Source: Eledone cirrhosa (Eukaryota). Taken from it: a DNA stretch of 64,000 nucleotides. The DNA is taken from assembly GCA_964016885.1 (NCBI GenBank), contig OZ024742.1, positions 3,224,001 through 3,288,000 on the forward strand, given 5' to 3'. The notes under the pieces are model-generated. The model made no database searches. It was given only the letters and a program-made list of their open reading frames with translations, and was not told the origin of the DNA. Numbering within the stretch: the stretch's first letter is position 1; each line of letters begins with the position of its first letter. The position numbers and the translations under genes were made by a program. Shown here one piece after another: positions 26,225 through 40,570 of this stretch.

Positions 26225-26357
<133 letters not shown>

Positions 26358-26399
26358 TATATACACGCACCCACATAAATATGTAACTCTCTCTCTCGC

Positions 26400-26466
<67 letters not shown>

Positions 26467-26700
26467 TGTATATATATATATACACGCACATAAATATGTA
26501 ACTCTCTCTCTCTGTGGCTCTCTCGCTATTTTTCTGTCGCTCTCTCGCTATATATATATATATCTATCTCGCTATATATGTATCTCTATCTCTCTCTATA
26601 TATAAACATGGTCCAATCTATCTCCGTCTCTATATAAATATGGCCCTTTCTATCTCTATATATGTATATATAAATATATACCCCTCTGTCTCTATACATG

Positions 26701-26796
<96 letters not shown>

Positions 26797-26963
26797 ATTT
26801 AGTATATCTACTAACATATGCGTACAGATGTACGCTAATGCTAGCAAATACACAGGTTATGTGATAGTACCTAGGTGGTTCAATGCAGGAGGATGCAGAA
26901 CAATAATATAAAAGACGTAAAAGAAGAAAATTTTAAAAAATTAACTTACTTACTAAATTTTTC

Positions 26964-27044
26964 ACTCCAACTAATTAGTTTCTGCAATGGAATAAAGACA
27001 GTTACGTAATAAACTGTCGAGAATTTATTGCGTCACCAGGGAGT
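26964..27044 (-). ncRNA. Hammerhead copy with mutated core (CTGGTGA)
   Basis: Near reverse complement of 28007-28087 with A>G in the core. Confidence 0.65.
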
Positions 27045-28006
27045 CTATTCTCAGCTAAGTCTCCAGGCAATGCGCGGACACTGGGGACACTCATATAAAA
27101 ATAATAATAATTCGGTAAATGGAACAGCTAGCGGGGACTGGATTCCATGCACTGAAAATCTCGCTGTCACTGGTCAAATGGCTGATTCTAAAGAATCAAT
27201 CACGTGACACTGAGGCTAGTCGGTAGGAGTGGGATGGTAAGATGATAGAAGCCTACTAACACACCAATAAATTAGTAGTGGTTTTGGCAGGTTTGCTCGA
27301 CAAATAAGTAATTTGGAGATAAATATAGAGAATTTAGTATATCTACTAACATATGCGTACAGATGTACGCTAATGCTAGCAAATACACAGGTTATGTCAT
27401 AGTACCTAGGTGGTTCAATGCAGGAGGATGCAGAACAATAATATAAAAGACGTAAAACAAGAAAATTTTAAAAAATTAACTTACTTACTAAAATTTTCAC
27501 TCCAACTAATTAGTTTCTGCAATGGGATAAAGACAGTTACGTAATAACTGGAGTGAAAATTTTAGTAAGTAAGTTAATTTTTTAAAATTTTCTTATTTTA
27601 CGTCTTTTATATTATTGTTCTGCATCCTCCTGCATTGAACCACCTAGGTACTATGACATAACCTGTGTATTTGCTAGCATTAGCGTACCTCTGTACGCAT
27701 ATGTTAGTAGATATACTAAATTCTCTATATTTATCTCCAAATTACTTATTTGTCGAGCAAACCTGCCAAAACCATTACTAATTTATTGGTGTGTTAGTAG
27801 GCTTCTGTCATCTTACCATCCCACTCCTACCGACTAGCCTCAGTGTCACGTGAATGATTCTTTAGAATCTGCCATTTGACCAGTGACAGCGAGATTTTCA
27901 GTGCATGGAATCCAGTCCCCGCTAGCTGTTCCATTTACCGAATTATTATTATTTTTATATGAGTCCCCAGTGTCCGCGCATTGACTGGAGACTTAGCTGA
28001 GAATAG

Positions 28007-28087
28007 ACTCCCTGATGACGCAATGAATTCTCGACAGTTTATTACGTAACTGTCTTTATCCCATTGCAGAAACTAATTAGTTGGAGT
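28007..28087 (+). ncRNA. Type I hammerhead ribozyme with extended stem II
   Basis: Stem I ACTCC/GGAGT; CTGATGA 28012-18; stem II GCAATG/CATTGC plus GACAGTT/AACTGTC; GAAA 28069-72; palindrome ACTAATTAGT; cut after GUU at 28082. Confidence 0.88.
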
Positions 28088-28149
28088 GAAAAATTTAGTA
28101 AGTAAGTTAATTTTTTAAAATTTTCTTCTTTTACGTCTTTTATATATAT

Positions 28150-28880
28150 ATAGATATATAGATATATAAATATGGGTCCCTCTATCTCTATCTCTCTCTC
28201 TCTGTATATATAAATATGGGCCGCTCTATCTTTCTCTTTATATATATATACATATGGGTCCCTCTATCTCTATAGATGTATATATAAATATATATCCCTC
28301 TATCTCTCTCTCTATATATATATAAATATGTATCCCTCTATCTCTATAGATGTATATAATAAACCCCTCTATACATGTATATATAAATATGGGTCTCTCT
28401 ATCTCTATAGATGTATATATAAATATATACTCCTCTATCTCTATCTCTATAGATATATATATCCCTCTATCTATATACATGTATATATAAATATGGGTCT
28501 CTCTATCTCTATAGATGTATATATAAATATATACCCCTCTATCTCTATAGATGTATATATAAATATATACCCCGCTATCTCTATAGATGTAAATATAAAT
28601 ATATGTCCCTCTATCTCTCTCTATATATAAATATATACCCCTCTATCTCTATAGATATAGATATAAATATATATCCCTCTATTTCTAACATGTATATATA
28701 AATATGGGTCTCTCTATCTCTATAGATGTATATATAAATATATACCCCCTCTATCTCTATAGATGTATATATAAATATATATCCCTCTATCTCTCTCTAT
28801 ATATAAATATATACCTCTCTATCTCTATAGATATACATATAAATATATATCCCTCTATCTCTATACATGTTTATATAAAT
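28150..28880. repeat. ~36-40 bp minisatellite (CCCTCTATCTCTATAGATGTATATATAAATAT...)
   Basis: Repeated many times with variants; related sequence at ~26580-26700. Confidence 0.8.
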
Positions 28881-29012
28881 ATTTTCACGGCAAAAATAAT
28901 GATTTTTTCACTCTCATTTTCTGTTTCTTTTCCCAGTACCATTTACTATAAAAATCAACTTGCACAACATGGCTGTGTTCTGATCATATATTTATGTACA
29001 CACATCTATTTT

Positions 29013-29089
<77 letters not shown>

Positions 29090-29180
29090 GTTTGTGTATA
29101 CCTGCATATCTAATTATGTATGTTACACACAAACATGCACACACACATGTACGTATGTATATTTGTATGTAAGTATATAC

Positions 29181-29217
<37 letters not shown>

Positions 29218-29225
29218 TATATTAT

Positions 29226-29272
<47 letters not shown>

Positions 29273-29432
29273 CAAACGCATAGAATTGAGGAGACACAGA
29301 AAATTATATTAATCATAAAAAATACCGCCTAATTTTGCATTAACTCAGCATGAAAATATCGTCAATTTTTATAAGGAAGACTTTATATTTATTAACAATA
29401 TATATATATATATAATATACATATATATATAT

Positions 29433-29476
<44 letters not shown>

Positions 29477-29907
29477 ATATATATATATATATATATATAT
29501 TCCCCTCACCACATTTGTGGGTGGGTGAGTAGTAATTGAGTGCAAAGACTTTCTAACTCTCTGTAAGTTTATTTAACTGGCTGTGATCGAACTACCAACA
29601 GTGTATCTGCGTTCCTACCTGACAGACTTCAATGTTGTATTTAAGTTGTATTTGTTATAGTCAGTGAACGAAGGGAAGCAACTGTCAAATTATTAAGGTT
29701 GTCGTGGTTGGCTGAAAGAATGACCACAACTGTATCCCTGGACCGAAACAGGGCCCGTATGATAAAGGATCCACCTCCAATAAAAACCCCTGTACATATT
29801 TACTCCTTCAGTTTCAAGTTCCCGAAATACAATAAAACCTACCACTTACACTACATGTCCTCCTTCATGTATTTATGTCTTGTTCCGCAAATGAAGATAA
29901 TATAAAA

Positions 29908-30095
29908 TAATTATTTCTACTTTTGGCACAAGGCCAGCAATTAATCCAGTGTATTACTGGTACTTTATTTTATCGACCCCGTAATGATGAAAGGCAAAGT
30001 TAACCTCGGCGGAATTTGAAATCAGATCATAAAGGGACCTAACTCTATGCTTCAAAGCATGGTGTCCGACTCTCTACCGATACTGCCAATCCACC
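29908..30095 (-). mobile_element. tRNA-derived SINE
   Basis: Reverse complement of the family at 44822-45012. Confidence 0.85.
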
Positions 30096-30902
30096 GAAGA
30101 TAATATATAATAATAATAAAGGAACAGGAACAAAGTATCAATATAAGGTCCGTATGTTTCTTCACATGTGACGCACGTTTCGCGATAGATCAGCTCATCG
30201 TACGATCGATATTGATCGCTAAACACACATCACGTGTGAATAAATATGATTTTACATTGATAGCTCGTTCGAGTTTTTTATTATCAATATTAACATTCTG
30301 CCTCTTAGGAATACCGACTAAGGTGAAATACCAAACGTTGAACACAACCGGACACAGCATCGAGTGCTCAAACTGGTGAACCAATAGTAGCTAAACGATA
30401 TACACCAATACACTATATATATATCTGTGTGTGTGTTGAATATTTTTTGGAAATATGTTGGTTTAAAGTTATCAGCTTTGATGCAGGTGTCTTGACTATG
30501 AAAAATAGTGGAACACGTTCGGAATATCAGTCACAGGACGCGGAAAAATAATGGACAGTGTTGATTGGGGGACTCGATCTCACCATCTGATGCACGTGTG
30601 TTGATGTATGGAATTCATCAATTTCTTATTTCTAGTATATGTAGTGGTGCAAATGTTATTTGTTTGTTAGTGTTGCGGGTTCCATTCTTGTTCTAGGCTG
30701 CGATTTGAATTGTCTGCGTTTATTGTGAAGAGTGTGGTGTTGGAGTTGTCTGTTCCAGCCATAGTGGGGATTGTGGCGAAGTCTTTTTTAGTGTGGGCTG
30801 GGTTTGATTTCAGTTCGATTCTAGGTGGTGCGTTCTGTCCTCGCTCCAGTCAACTGAATTTACGAAAATATACTGTATTTGAAATTAAAATGGGCAGCCT
30901 TA

Positions 30903-30933
<31 letters not shown>

Positions 30934-30959
30934 CTCTCTCTCTCTCTCACACACACACA

Positions 30960-31125
30960 GCAAGAAGGTTGCATATCATACATGAGCTTGGCTGGTCTCA
31001 CCTGGGGATTCAGCCGGATCATTTAGAGACGGTTGCTTCTCAGAAGACCCACTGGAATGAGTGTTTGAGGACTCTGCCCTAACGACACTCCCAGGAACAA
31101 GTGGGCGAAGAAGAAGAAAAAGAAG
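30960..31125 (+). mobile_element. RTE 3' end fragment (same family as 19435-20095)
   Basis: catgagcttggctggtc..gagtgtttgag..gtgggcgaagaagaag matches the minus strand of 19435-19570. Confidence 0.7.
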
Positions 31126-31764
31126 AAAAATGAGAAGACGACGAAGAGAAAGAAAGAAGAAGAGTATGTTCTGTTGATCGAACATCTGGATTATTCTTCG
31201 TCAGAACTGACGGAGATCCAATACACACCACAATAGTTTTAACAATATGGTATTTGAAAATGTCATAGTAAAACATAGGCAAGACATCCCTATGGATCGC
31301 CAATACCTGACAACTTTTAAAGATGAAATGGGCAAAAAGACAAAACTGAGAAAGACAGGACTCAAAGCTGACAACGAATGAATTTTTCCCCTGCAGTCTA
31401 TGACCAGAACATTCTTATAAAATATATATATTAATAAAAATATTAGCAGAGACTATGAGAAGGCTGTGAGCGATTGATCAATCAGTGTTACTATCTGCCT
31501 AATATTAAACAAAAAAAACTATATATACATATAAAAGTGTGGATATCTCATACACAGGAACATATGTCAGGATTATGATGCATTAAAAAAAAAAAAAGCA
31601 ATATCCACGAGAAAATGAGAATGCGGCAATGTCCTGGAATATGTTTATAGAGACAGGGATACTATGATTAGGTTCCATGGTTCTATCTGTAGGCTAGAAC
31701 CATGGAAATTAAGGCATCAATTCCAACTGACAACACGGAAATGAAATGGAGAAATATCCGAATA

Positions 31765-31980
31765 TAATTGTTTCTACTTTAGGCCCAAGGCCAGCAATTT
31801 GAAGGGGAGGGGAAAGTTGACTAAATCGAGCCTTCAATGCATTACTGGTACTTTATTATATCGACACTGAAAGGATGAAAGGCAAAGCTATCCTCGGCGG
31901 GATTTGAAATCAAAACGTAAAGGAACGTAAATCTATGCCGCTAAGCATGGTGTCCGGCGCTCTACCGATAATGCTAATCG
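31765..31980 (-). mobile_element. tRNA-derived SINE
   Basis: Same core and boxes as 44822-45012. Confidence 0.8.
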
Positions 31981-33047
31981 AATATAATAATTTGGAATTA
32001 GAGGCAACTAAAAACTAGGGTCAATTAGTATAATTAATACAAAGTATTGTGGGATATGTAATATATGACTGATAAGGTTCGTTTCCCAGGCAACAACTAT
32101 TAATGATGGGTTTGTTTCTGTTTAGAAACTCGATATAAATGAGTAAGTTTCAGAAAGCCGCTACAATGCAATAGAAATATATAAAGAGCAAAGAATGACA
32201 AATAAAACCAAGTAGTGTGTGTTTTTGTTTTGAATCATTTCCGTTTTTACATTTGAAAAGGGAGTTGTAGCCCTGAAATATCATATTGAAATATACTGGG
32301 TAAAACATTACTTTGTTTTGTTTTTTGCCATCCTTTCACCTGTGTGTGTGTTTCTGTGTTTGTTGTTGTGTGTGTTGTTGTGTGTGTGTTGCCGTGTGTG
32401 TATGTGTGTGTTTGTGTGTGTGTTGCTGTGTGTATGTGGCTGTCTGTATCAGTTTTTACGTTTGGGTCTGCGTCTGTGTCTGATTTAATTCCCCATTATT
32501 TAGTATTTCGTCAAATGAAGATCGATAAAACAAGAATTAAGCCTTGAAACAAAAATTTCTACTGGGATCAATACGATTAAATAAATCGCCTCAATATGAC
32601 GCCACAGCATGTTTGCAGTCTAATGACTGAAACCAGTAAAAATAATAAAAGACTAACGGATAATCTATGTTTAACATATGGAAGAATTTCGATAATGATT
32701 GAAGAAAAGATGAGCAATAAACGCATGTTGTTGTGTAATATCTAAAAATTCCAATATACAATTTATTTTCGGATTTTGTAATTCTCCCTCCAAACAAAAA
32801 ACAACATAAAAAATAATTGTGTATTATTTATTTGATTTATTACCACAATTATTCCTTTAAATAATAGAATCCTCTTCAATGAATTGATTTTTCACTTATT
32901 AATTTATTTACTTATCTTTTTTTTACCATTCCATCTATCGATCTGTTGGCGATTTTATTTATATTTCATTTTGAGAACTGTCTACAGGTTTCTATTGATT
33001 TCTTGTAATATGTAATGTTTGTGAAATAGTACAGCTGATATGTATTA

Positions 33048-33133
<86 letters not shown>

Positions 33134-33208
33134 GAATGGTAATTAATTTCAATAAACAAATGGAATATTGATATCTTTTTTTGTGTATATAAATATGTAC
33201 GTACATAT

Positions 33209-33303
<95 letters not shown>

Positions 33304-33617
33304 AATGATAAATATACATATATACAATCACAGGTCCATACATTTGCTAGGATAATCGACAGAAGATGACAAATTTAAAGTAGAAGTTCAGTATTTATAT
33401 TAACACTTTCAAGTAACACCAGACTACCAGCGGTCTCAAGACGACGTCACGTCTAACTCACGAGTTGTATCCGAGGAAAGTAAACCAGGATGAGAATTGT
33501 GAGGTTTGTCCTTTCTTTCGCCCAAATACCATTCTACGACTGGTTTTACTATTTATAAATGTACTTGATAATCTTGTTTTCGTCTTGGAGAATGTGGTTT
33601 TGAGACATTCAGCTAAA

Positions 33618-33723
<106 letters not shown>

Positions 33724-33884
33724 GATAAGAAAATATCGTTATAGGTAATCCAGTTAGAGATTGTGAATACTTCGTATTATGGATAGTTTTAGAGTATGGC
33801 GTCGTTTGACTCAACAAGGGGTTTAGGTAGGTGGCGAGTTTATGATTTCACTTGTATTCCTATGTAAGTTTATCTTGGAGTAAT

Positions 33885-34220
33885 AATATTGAAAAAGTGA
33901 AGAATAACATGGTCAACAGTACAAACAAGGGTTTTATTTACAGTCTGACAATTGTTTCACTGATTAATTTGTCTAAAAATTGCTGAACACTTGAAGTTGT
34001 GCCACTCAATTTTAAATACGTTGTTAGCTTAACCAGATCATCGGAGATAACTGTTTATACCCGATGATCTGGTTAAGCTAACAACGTATTTAAAATTGAG
34101 TGGCACTGCTTCAAGTGTTCAGCAATGTTTAGACGAATTAATCAGTGAAACAATTGTCAGACTGTAAATAAAACCCGTTTTTGTACTGTTGATCATGTTA
34201 TTCTTCATTTTTTCAATTAT
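33885..34220. repeat. ~330-bp palindrome whose arms carry a degenerate long-stem-II hammerhead
   Basis: Arms meet near 34050; CCGATGA(34061)-tctggttaa...ttaatcagt-GAAA-CAATTG-TC-agactgt, then AATAAA. Confidence 0.75.
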
Positions 34221-34264
34221 ATATATATAGAGAGAGAGCATGTTGACTAGATAATGTAGTTTAA

Positions 34265-34430
34265 TAATTGTTTCTACTTTAGGCACAAGGCCAGCAATTA
34301 TCCAGTTCATTATTGGTACTTTATTTTATCGACCCCGTAAGAATGAAAGGCAAACTTAACCTCGGCGGGATAATAATAATTATAATAATAGAATTGAACT
34401 CAGATCGTAAAGGGACGTAACTATGCTGCT
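34265..34430 (-). mobile_element. SINE, interrupted by (TAA)n
   Basis: SINE core and B-box portion on minus strand. Confidence 0.75.
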
Positions 34431-34531
34431 TATAAACCCACTGAACCACAAATTATGTGTACTGATACCCATCATTTTGAGCCCGCGCTCCAAACACACA
34501 CACACAGACACACATATATATATATACATAC

Positions 34532-34812
34532 TATAATTGAATATAAAAGAGAGATAAACACACATATATACATATGTGTGTTCAAATCGTAAGGGACCAG
34601 GTACGCTAGGGTGAAAAAAATACTAACTATAAACAATAGGGTTTGCCAGACTCAATTTAATATATTTTCTTGATTTATTCTTTTAAATTGAGTCTGGCAA
34701 CTCCTATTGTTTATAGTTAGTATTTTTCTTCATCCTAGCGCACCTGGTCCCTTACGATTTGAACACATATATGTATATATCTGTGTTTATCTCTCTTTTA
34801 TATTCAATTATA
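34532..34812. repeat. ~280-bp palindrome (fold-back)
   Basis: ttcaaatcgtaagggaccagg..ttgccagactcaatttaa mirrored by ttaaattgagtctggcaa..cctggtcccttacgatttgaa. Confidence 0.85.
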
Positions 34813-34894
34813 ATATACGGCTCGGAAAAATCTCTTTCCTAGAGCTATTTAATTGTAAGAGACTATTTTGAGTTTCTAACTCAACATATATCTT

Positions 34895-34984
<90 letters not shown>

Positions 34985-35282
34985 TAGAGAAAGAGAGAGA
35001 AAGAAGGAGAGAGGTATACAGATAGATAGATAGATAGATAGATAGATTTCTTTGTTTGCCACTAGGGCACAAGAGAAAGGGACAAATACATAGGGGGGGG
35101 GGGGAGGTTACATAAATGCGAGTAAAGAATAAGGCATAACAATAAGAATAATATAATAATAAAAAGTCCTCAAAAGGGAGGGGGCGTGTTGGGGATTGCA
35201 CATACCCCCGAAAAATGTGCAACCCTTTTCGCGGGGGAAGCCCAGAGAGGAGGCGCTCCCCCTTTCCTCTTCACTTCTTCAC

Positions 35283-38200
35283 CTACAGAACAATGTAGAG
35301 AGAAGGCCGATTTACACGAGCCATTCTCGCTTCTTTCACCCACCTTTCATGAAACTGTCTGGGGCCAAGCACTTCTCCCTCCATCCTGATCCTTCTTCCG
35401 AAGTGGTATCGGAAGAAGTAAACCAGGTGTTGGCCGGAGAGAAAGTCACCCGACCTCAGACCTTTCAGGCGCGTCCACCACACAACCTCTTTCATCATGG
35501 CTATTACGCACAGAAAGACCGCCTCTGCTTCATTTCTGAAGGGAGGAGGCGGCTTGATGTTCACCACAGACTCGGCGGTCAATCGAATCGGTGCCACACG
35601 CGACAACAGTCGTTCGACGTAGCCCCACAGATCGGCAACGCCCGGGCAGTGTACCAGTGCGTGCGCAACGGTTTCATCGTCGCGCACGCATCTGGAACAG
35701 ATCTTTTTCGCGGGATCCCTGCCCGGGCCCCCGTGTCTGTAGAGCTTTTCTCGAACAGGAAGAGCCCCCCAGTAGCACTGCCAGGCTAGGGACCTCTGGA
35801 AGTTGTCCATGGGTCCCGGGCAGAAAGTTCTACCGAACAGGCTGGCCAGTTCGTCCTCCTCCATGCCTAGCGACTCTCCAAGGGTGTCGTCGCCCCTGCT
35901 AGCCACCAGCCCTCTATAGAATGTCGAGGTGGATTCTCCACTGATAGTCGGGTCCGCTTGCCAGAGAGCCGTGAGCGCCTGGGCACACTCGGTGTGCCAG
36001 TTGCCCAGTTTTCTCGGTCTTTGCTTCACCCACGATTGCAGCTCGGTGAGCGAGACGAGCTGTGGGAAGGCTCGCCTCACAAACGGGGCCCACACCGGCT
36101 GACCGGTGAGGAATACCTGTAGATGCCGTAGCCTCAATACGTGCCTACGCATCAACAGCCACGGCATACCCAGCCCTCCTTTCGAAGGGTGCTGGCAGCA
36201 GATGGATCTCCTCACCATGGGAGGCCGCTTCTTCCAGAGGAACTGGAAGAGCATGCGCTCCCTGATGGTGACCGTTTCCTTGGGCCAAGGCACGACGGTC
36301 AGGCGGTAGTAGATGACGGACGCTATGTAAGCGTTCGTCACCTCCGCCCGACCTTTCAGTGATAGTTTGCACTTGGCCCACTTCTGGGTCAGCGCAAACA
36401 CCCTGCTTGTCACCTCGCTCCAATTCTTCTCCATCTGGAGGTCCGGTCCGAACCAGACCCCGAGCAGCTTCACCGGGCCCTCCGTCCACCGCCCGACGAC
36501 ACCATCTAACGGCATCGGTTTGCCCCTCCACGTTCCGAGTTGCAAACCGACTGACTTGTCCCGGTTCAGCCTAGACCCGTCAGCCTTTCGTATTCCTCCA
36601 GTAGGGTGGCGATCGCCCCGATTTCCGAGGCGTCCGCCACCATTACTGTTACGTCGTCGGCATAGGCCGAGACCGCTTTGTGCAATCCCGGTTCCAGGGG
36701 TATGCCCCGCAGCAACTCCAACTTCCGCAGCAGTGGCTCGAGAGTCAATACGTACAGAAGGGGGGAGAGGGGGCAGCCCTGCCTGATGGACCGGGTGATT
36801 TGAAACGGCTCCGAGAGGTAGCCGTTTACTTTAATCCTAGAGCAGACGTTGCCACTGTGCATGGCAGAAATCCAGCCCCTGAAAACGGGTCCGAAGCCCG
36901 CCGCCGCTAGCACCGCATCCAGGTAACCATGGTCGACCCTATCGAACGCCTTAGATTGATCCAAGTTGATCATGGCCCCACCAAAGCCGGGTTCGTTCCC
37001 AACCCTCTCTACGATGTATCGCATGAGCTGGAGGTTGTCGTGAATGGACCTGGACGGGATAGCGCATGTCTGCGCGTCTCCCACCAAACCACCCACCACA
37101 AGCGCCAACCTATTCGCCAACACCTTGGCCAAAATCTGTAACTCTGCATTCAGCAGAGTTATGGGCCTAAAGTTACTTAAGTCGTCCCCCTTGCTCTCGT
37201 CCTTCCTCACTAGCGTGACTACGCCCTTGGTCACAGAACAGGGAATTCTCCCGTTCTGTTGCCAGTTGCAATAGACAGCCTCGAGGAGTTCGGAGAACAA
37301 GACCGGCATAGCTAAATAAAGTTCGTATGGTAGACCATCGAGACCCGGAGATTTGCGTCTGCTGCATTGGCTGAGCGCTTCCCCGATTTCAGTGGCTGTG
37401 ATTGGCCTCTCGCAGCACTCCGCTTCGCCGCTCGAAAGACGCGGTAGACCGTCGAGGTATGGACCGAAGTCCACATCCCCGTCCGGCCCCCGCCCCCTCC
37501 GAACAGTCGAGCAAAGTGCCTTTGAAAGGCCTCGCACATCCGCTCAGGTTCAAGGATCACCCGTCCATCCTGGTCTCGCAAAGACCGAATGGTGGATTTA
37601 ATCCCACTCTTGGCTTCTGTCACGCGGGCCCAGCTAACAGCTTTGGTCCCCTCGTTTCCTAAAGCACGTATTTTACTTCGGACAACGCAGCCTTCGTGCT
37701 TCGCGTCAAAGAACTGGCTCAACGCCGTTCTCGACGCTAACACTCTGGCCACGTCTCCGCTCCTAATCGCCTCTTCTAGTTTATCTGTTAGCTCCCTTTC
37801 CCTCCTATTTCTATTCGCCGCTAGTTCCTTACTGTAACCTATCGAACTTACTCTAATCTCTCTCTTTAGAGATACCCACCACCTGCTGTTGACGATCGCT
37901 CCCGTCAACCGCATCTTAACTAAGCTACTAATCCGGTTCCTGTAAGCTTCCTTTGCCGGCAAGGACAAGTTCATCTTCCAGTAACCTGGACCCTGTCTAT
38001 GCGTTCTATCAAGGTTGAACACGCAGATCACTAATTTGTGATCTGAATAGCCAACCATGAGCAATTTTGGACAACTAAATACGTCCCTATCCTTACTCCT
38101 AACCAAAAACCTATCTAGGTACGATCTAGATTGACCACTGCGGTTTGCCCAGGTCCAGGTTGGCACAGTTAGAAAATCTAGTCGAAATCTATCGACCAGG

Positions 38201-38709
38201 TCGAATCGATCGAGTAACCCTTTGAGGCTGCTACACCCCCCTCTATCGGGACATGCCCCTGCATAGTCCCAACGCGCATCTAGGATTCCATTCCAGTCCC
38301 CCACTAAAAGCAGGGAACGCGACGTTCCTAGAAAAGTCTCTAGACGCTGGAAGAAGTCGGCTCTTTCAGCCCCGAAGGGGGCATAAAGACCGACCAGTCT
38401 GAAAGCCCCGCCTTCACCGCCTCCGACGTCCAGCACCAGTAATCGACCCCCCGGGTCCGAGTGAACAATCTGTACGTCGAGAGCCAGACGTTTATCCAGC
38501 AGTACGGCAACCCCACCCCCGCCTCCGGGTTGACAGAGAGATGCGTGCATCTCAAAGTCATCGAAGGCGGGAGCCAGCTGTCGCACGCTGCTGATCCGAC
38601 TCTCGCAAACAACCATCACATCTATACTTCGTGACCTGAGGTCACTTAGAAGCTTTGCTTGCTTCCAAGCTGAGCCCAGGCCACGCGCATTCAAACAGCC
38701 AACTCTCAA
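35283..38709 (-). pseudogene. Tx1/L1 ORF2 (AP endonuclease, RT, zf-RVT) with two frameshifts (~37500, ~36570)
   Basis: CLNARGL, VCES, GDWN, SYLDRF, SDHK; SPGLDGLP, FRPITLLN, DQSKAFDRV, RQGCPLSP, AYADDV; CSRC..ETVAHALVHC. Confidence 0.92.
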
Positions 38710-38714
38710 TTGAT

Positions 38715-40570
38715 CTATTTTGGTGTTGAAAGTGAAGAAAGAAAAGCACCTACCTCTCCGGGTTGTGTAATTTCCATGGCGTCGGGTGTGTTGGGTGGCG
38801 GGATGTTTTGTGGTGGTGTGGGGGTATCCGAGTGTGGTGGGGTTGGGGTATTTGGAGTTGTGTCAAGGAGAGGGGAGGTTATGGAGTAATCTTTCAAGGG
38901 GACGCGATTTAACGGTTTTAAACAGGGGGGCTCACGTCCTGTTAAATTGTTCTTTTAAGGAACGATAAATGTCCAGAGGGACCTTTATCATTTTTAAATG
39001 GGTGAAGTTCTCTGTTGAGATAAAGTTTGGCCCTTCGGTCTGCACCAAAGGGCTATTGTTTATTAATTTAAACAGTTTTTTTGTTTTCTTTATTTATATA
39101 TGTGTATTGCAACGTCTTTTTTTGTGATACTGTCAATGTTTCGAAGAGGGGAGGCGCAGATTTATTTTTGTTTGTCGAGGGTGGGGTGTTTTTGATTGGA
39201 GTTGGTGTTTGTGTGTGGGTTATTTTTTGTTGAGGTGTGCTGGGTGTGTGCTTTCGTTTTTTTCTTTTAACTTGTCTGAAGGCTTCTCCTCCTTCTTCTT
39301 CAGAAGTTGGGGGAAACTCTTCAGCGCTAGGTGCGAGGGACGTGGTGTCTGGTTGTTGTTTTTTTTGCGGGAGGGGTAGATTTGTTGCTGTTTTTTTTAT
39401 TATTTGTTTGGAATGCGTTTTGTGGTGGTGGTGGTGATGTTTGTGTCGTGCTTGTGGTTGGTGATGGTGGTGGTGATGTTTGTGTTGTGGTTGGTGATGG
39501 TGGTGGTGATTTTTGTGTCGTCCTTGTGTTTGGTGCTGGTGCTGGTGATGTTTGTGTTGTGCTTGTGGTTGGTGGTGTCTGTATTTTGTTTGCTGTGTGT
39601 GGTATTAGTGTATTTTTGGAGGTGTATGGTGTTGGTGTACTGTTTGTGGTGGGTGTGGGCAATAGTCCTTTTTGGGGGATACGATTCGGGCAGTTAGCCT
39701 TAACGTGTCCCCTTTCCGTGCATGAATAGCATGCTGGTCTTCTCCCCTCTACAATTATATATATTGGGTGAGGTCATCCAGCCAGATGCGATCCGGGATT
39801 TGCGCTATTCTTTCGGGCCTCATTTGGACTAGTAGGTCGAGGCCCATTCCCAGGAACGCATCTCCAGATGCCTTCCCCATTGACAGCACTGTGTCCTCGC
39901 CCATGTCTATGAAGCCAGCAATAGCCCACCAGAAGTCCATTGTGGGCAGCATTGTCTGTATTTTGACTCTCTGTGTTCTTCTACCCATGTAGGAGGGATA
40001 GAAGCTGTATTCTGTTGATGAGAGTGGGCTTAGGGAAAGCCTCTGCGCTGTTTCCCTGTCTTTTGTTAAGACCGAAATGCTGCCATAGAGTCGGTCCTTT
40101 CGTATGAAGAGAATATTCTTCAAATAGTCTTTTAGGACCAACTCTATCTCCATTTGGCTGGGCTGTGCTGGCTTTCTCGTTTGGTTTAGGATTGTTCTAA
40201 ACAGAACAGTGCTTTCTATTCTCGTTTTCTTGAAATCTGGGGGGGGGGGGGGGGATTAATGGAAAACATTCCGTTCTCCCCCAAGACTATGTGTTTTTTT
40301 GCTTCTGCCAGTTTCTCTCTGGCGGCAGTTAAGTCTATAGGTGTATATATTATAGATTTTTTTGTTGTCTGGGCGAAAGTTGCCTTGTTGTTTTTTGTAT
40401 TCTTATTTTCTGTTTGTTTGTTTTCCGTTTGCTCATTTTCCGTAACATTTGTTTTTTTCATTTTCCTTGTTTGTTTCGTTGTCTAGTTTTGTTGTATCCA
40501 TTTTTTGTTCTTCAGACTTGGGGGGCGTGGCAGAGCTAATGGCAGACATGTCTGCCATCTTTCCCGCCAT
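38715..40570 (-). pseudogene. Tx1/L1 ORF1 (gag-like, zinc knuckle, T/P-rich linker), disrupted
   Basis: ATG at 40570 (MAGKMADMSA); CYSCTERGHVKANCP at ~39690-39735; stop at 38715 just before ORF2. Confidence 0.75.

Larger units (their letters stand above)
26790..28145. mobile_element. Non-coding ~535-bp hammerhead-bearing element (retrozyme-like / non-autonomous PLE): 1.4 tandem copies (-) then 1.1 inverted copies (+)
   Basis: tagagaatttagtatatctactaac at 26791 and 27326; inversion at ~27548; no ORF; microsatellite flanks. Confidence 0.85.

Noticed and set aside
30165-30205. Minus-strand hammerhead-like motif (acGATGA..GAAA-CGTGCG-TC); similar traces at ~33575-33615, ~48425 and ~51325
   Set aside because: Core or stem I is too degenerate to call
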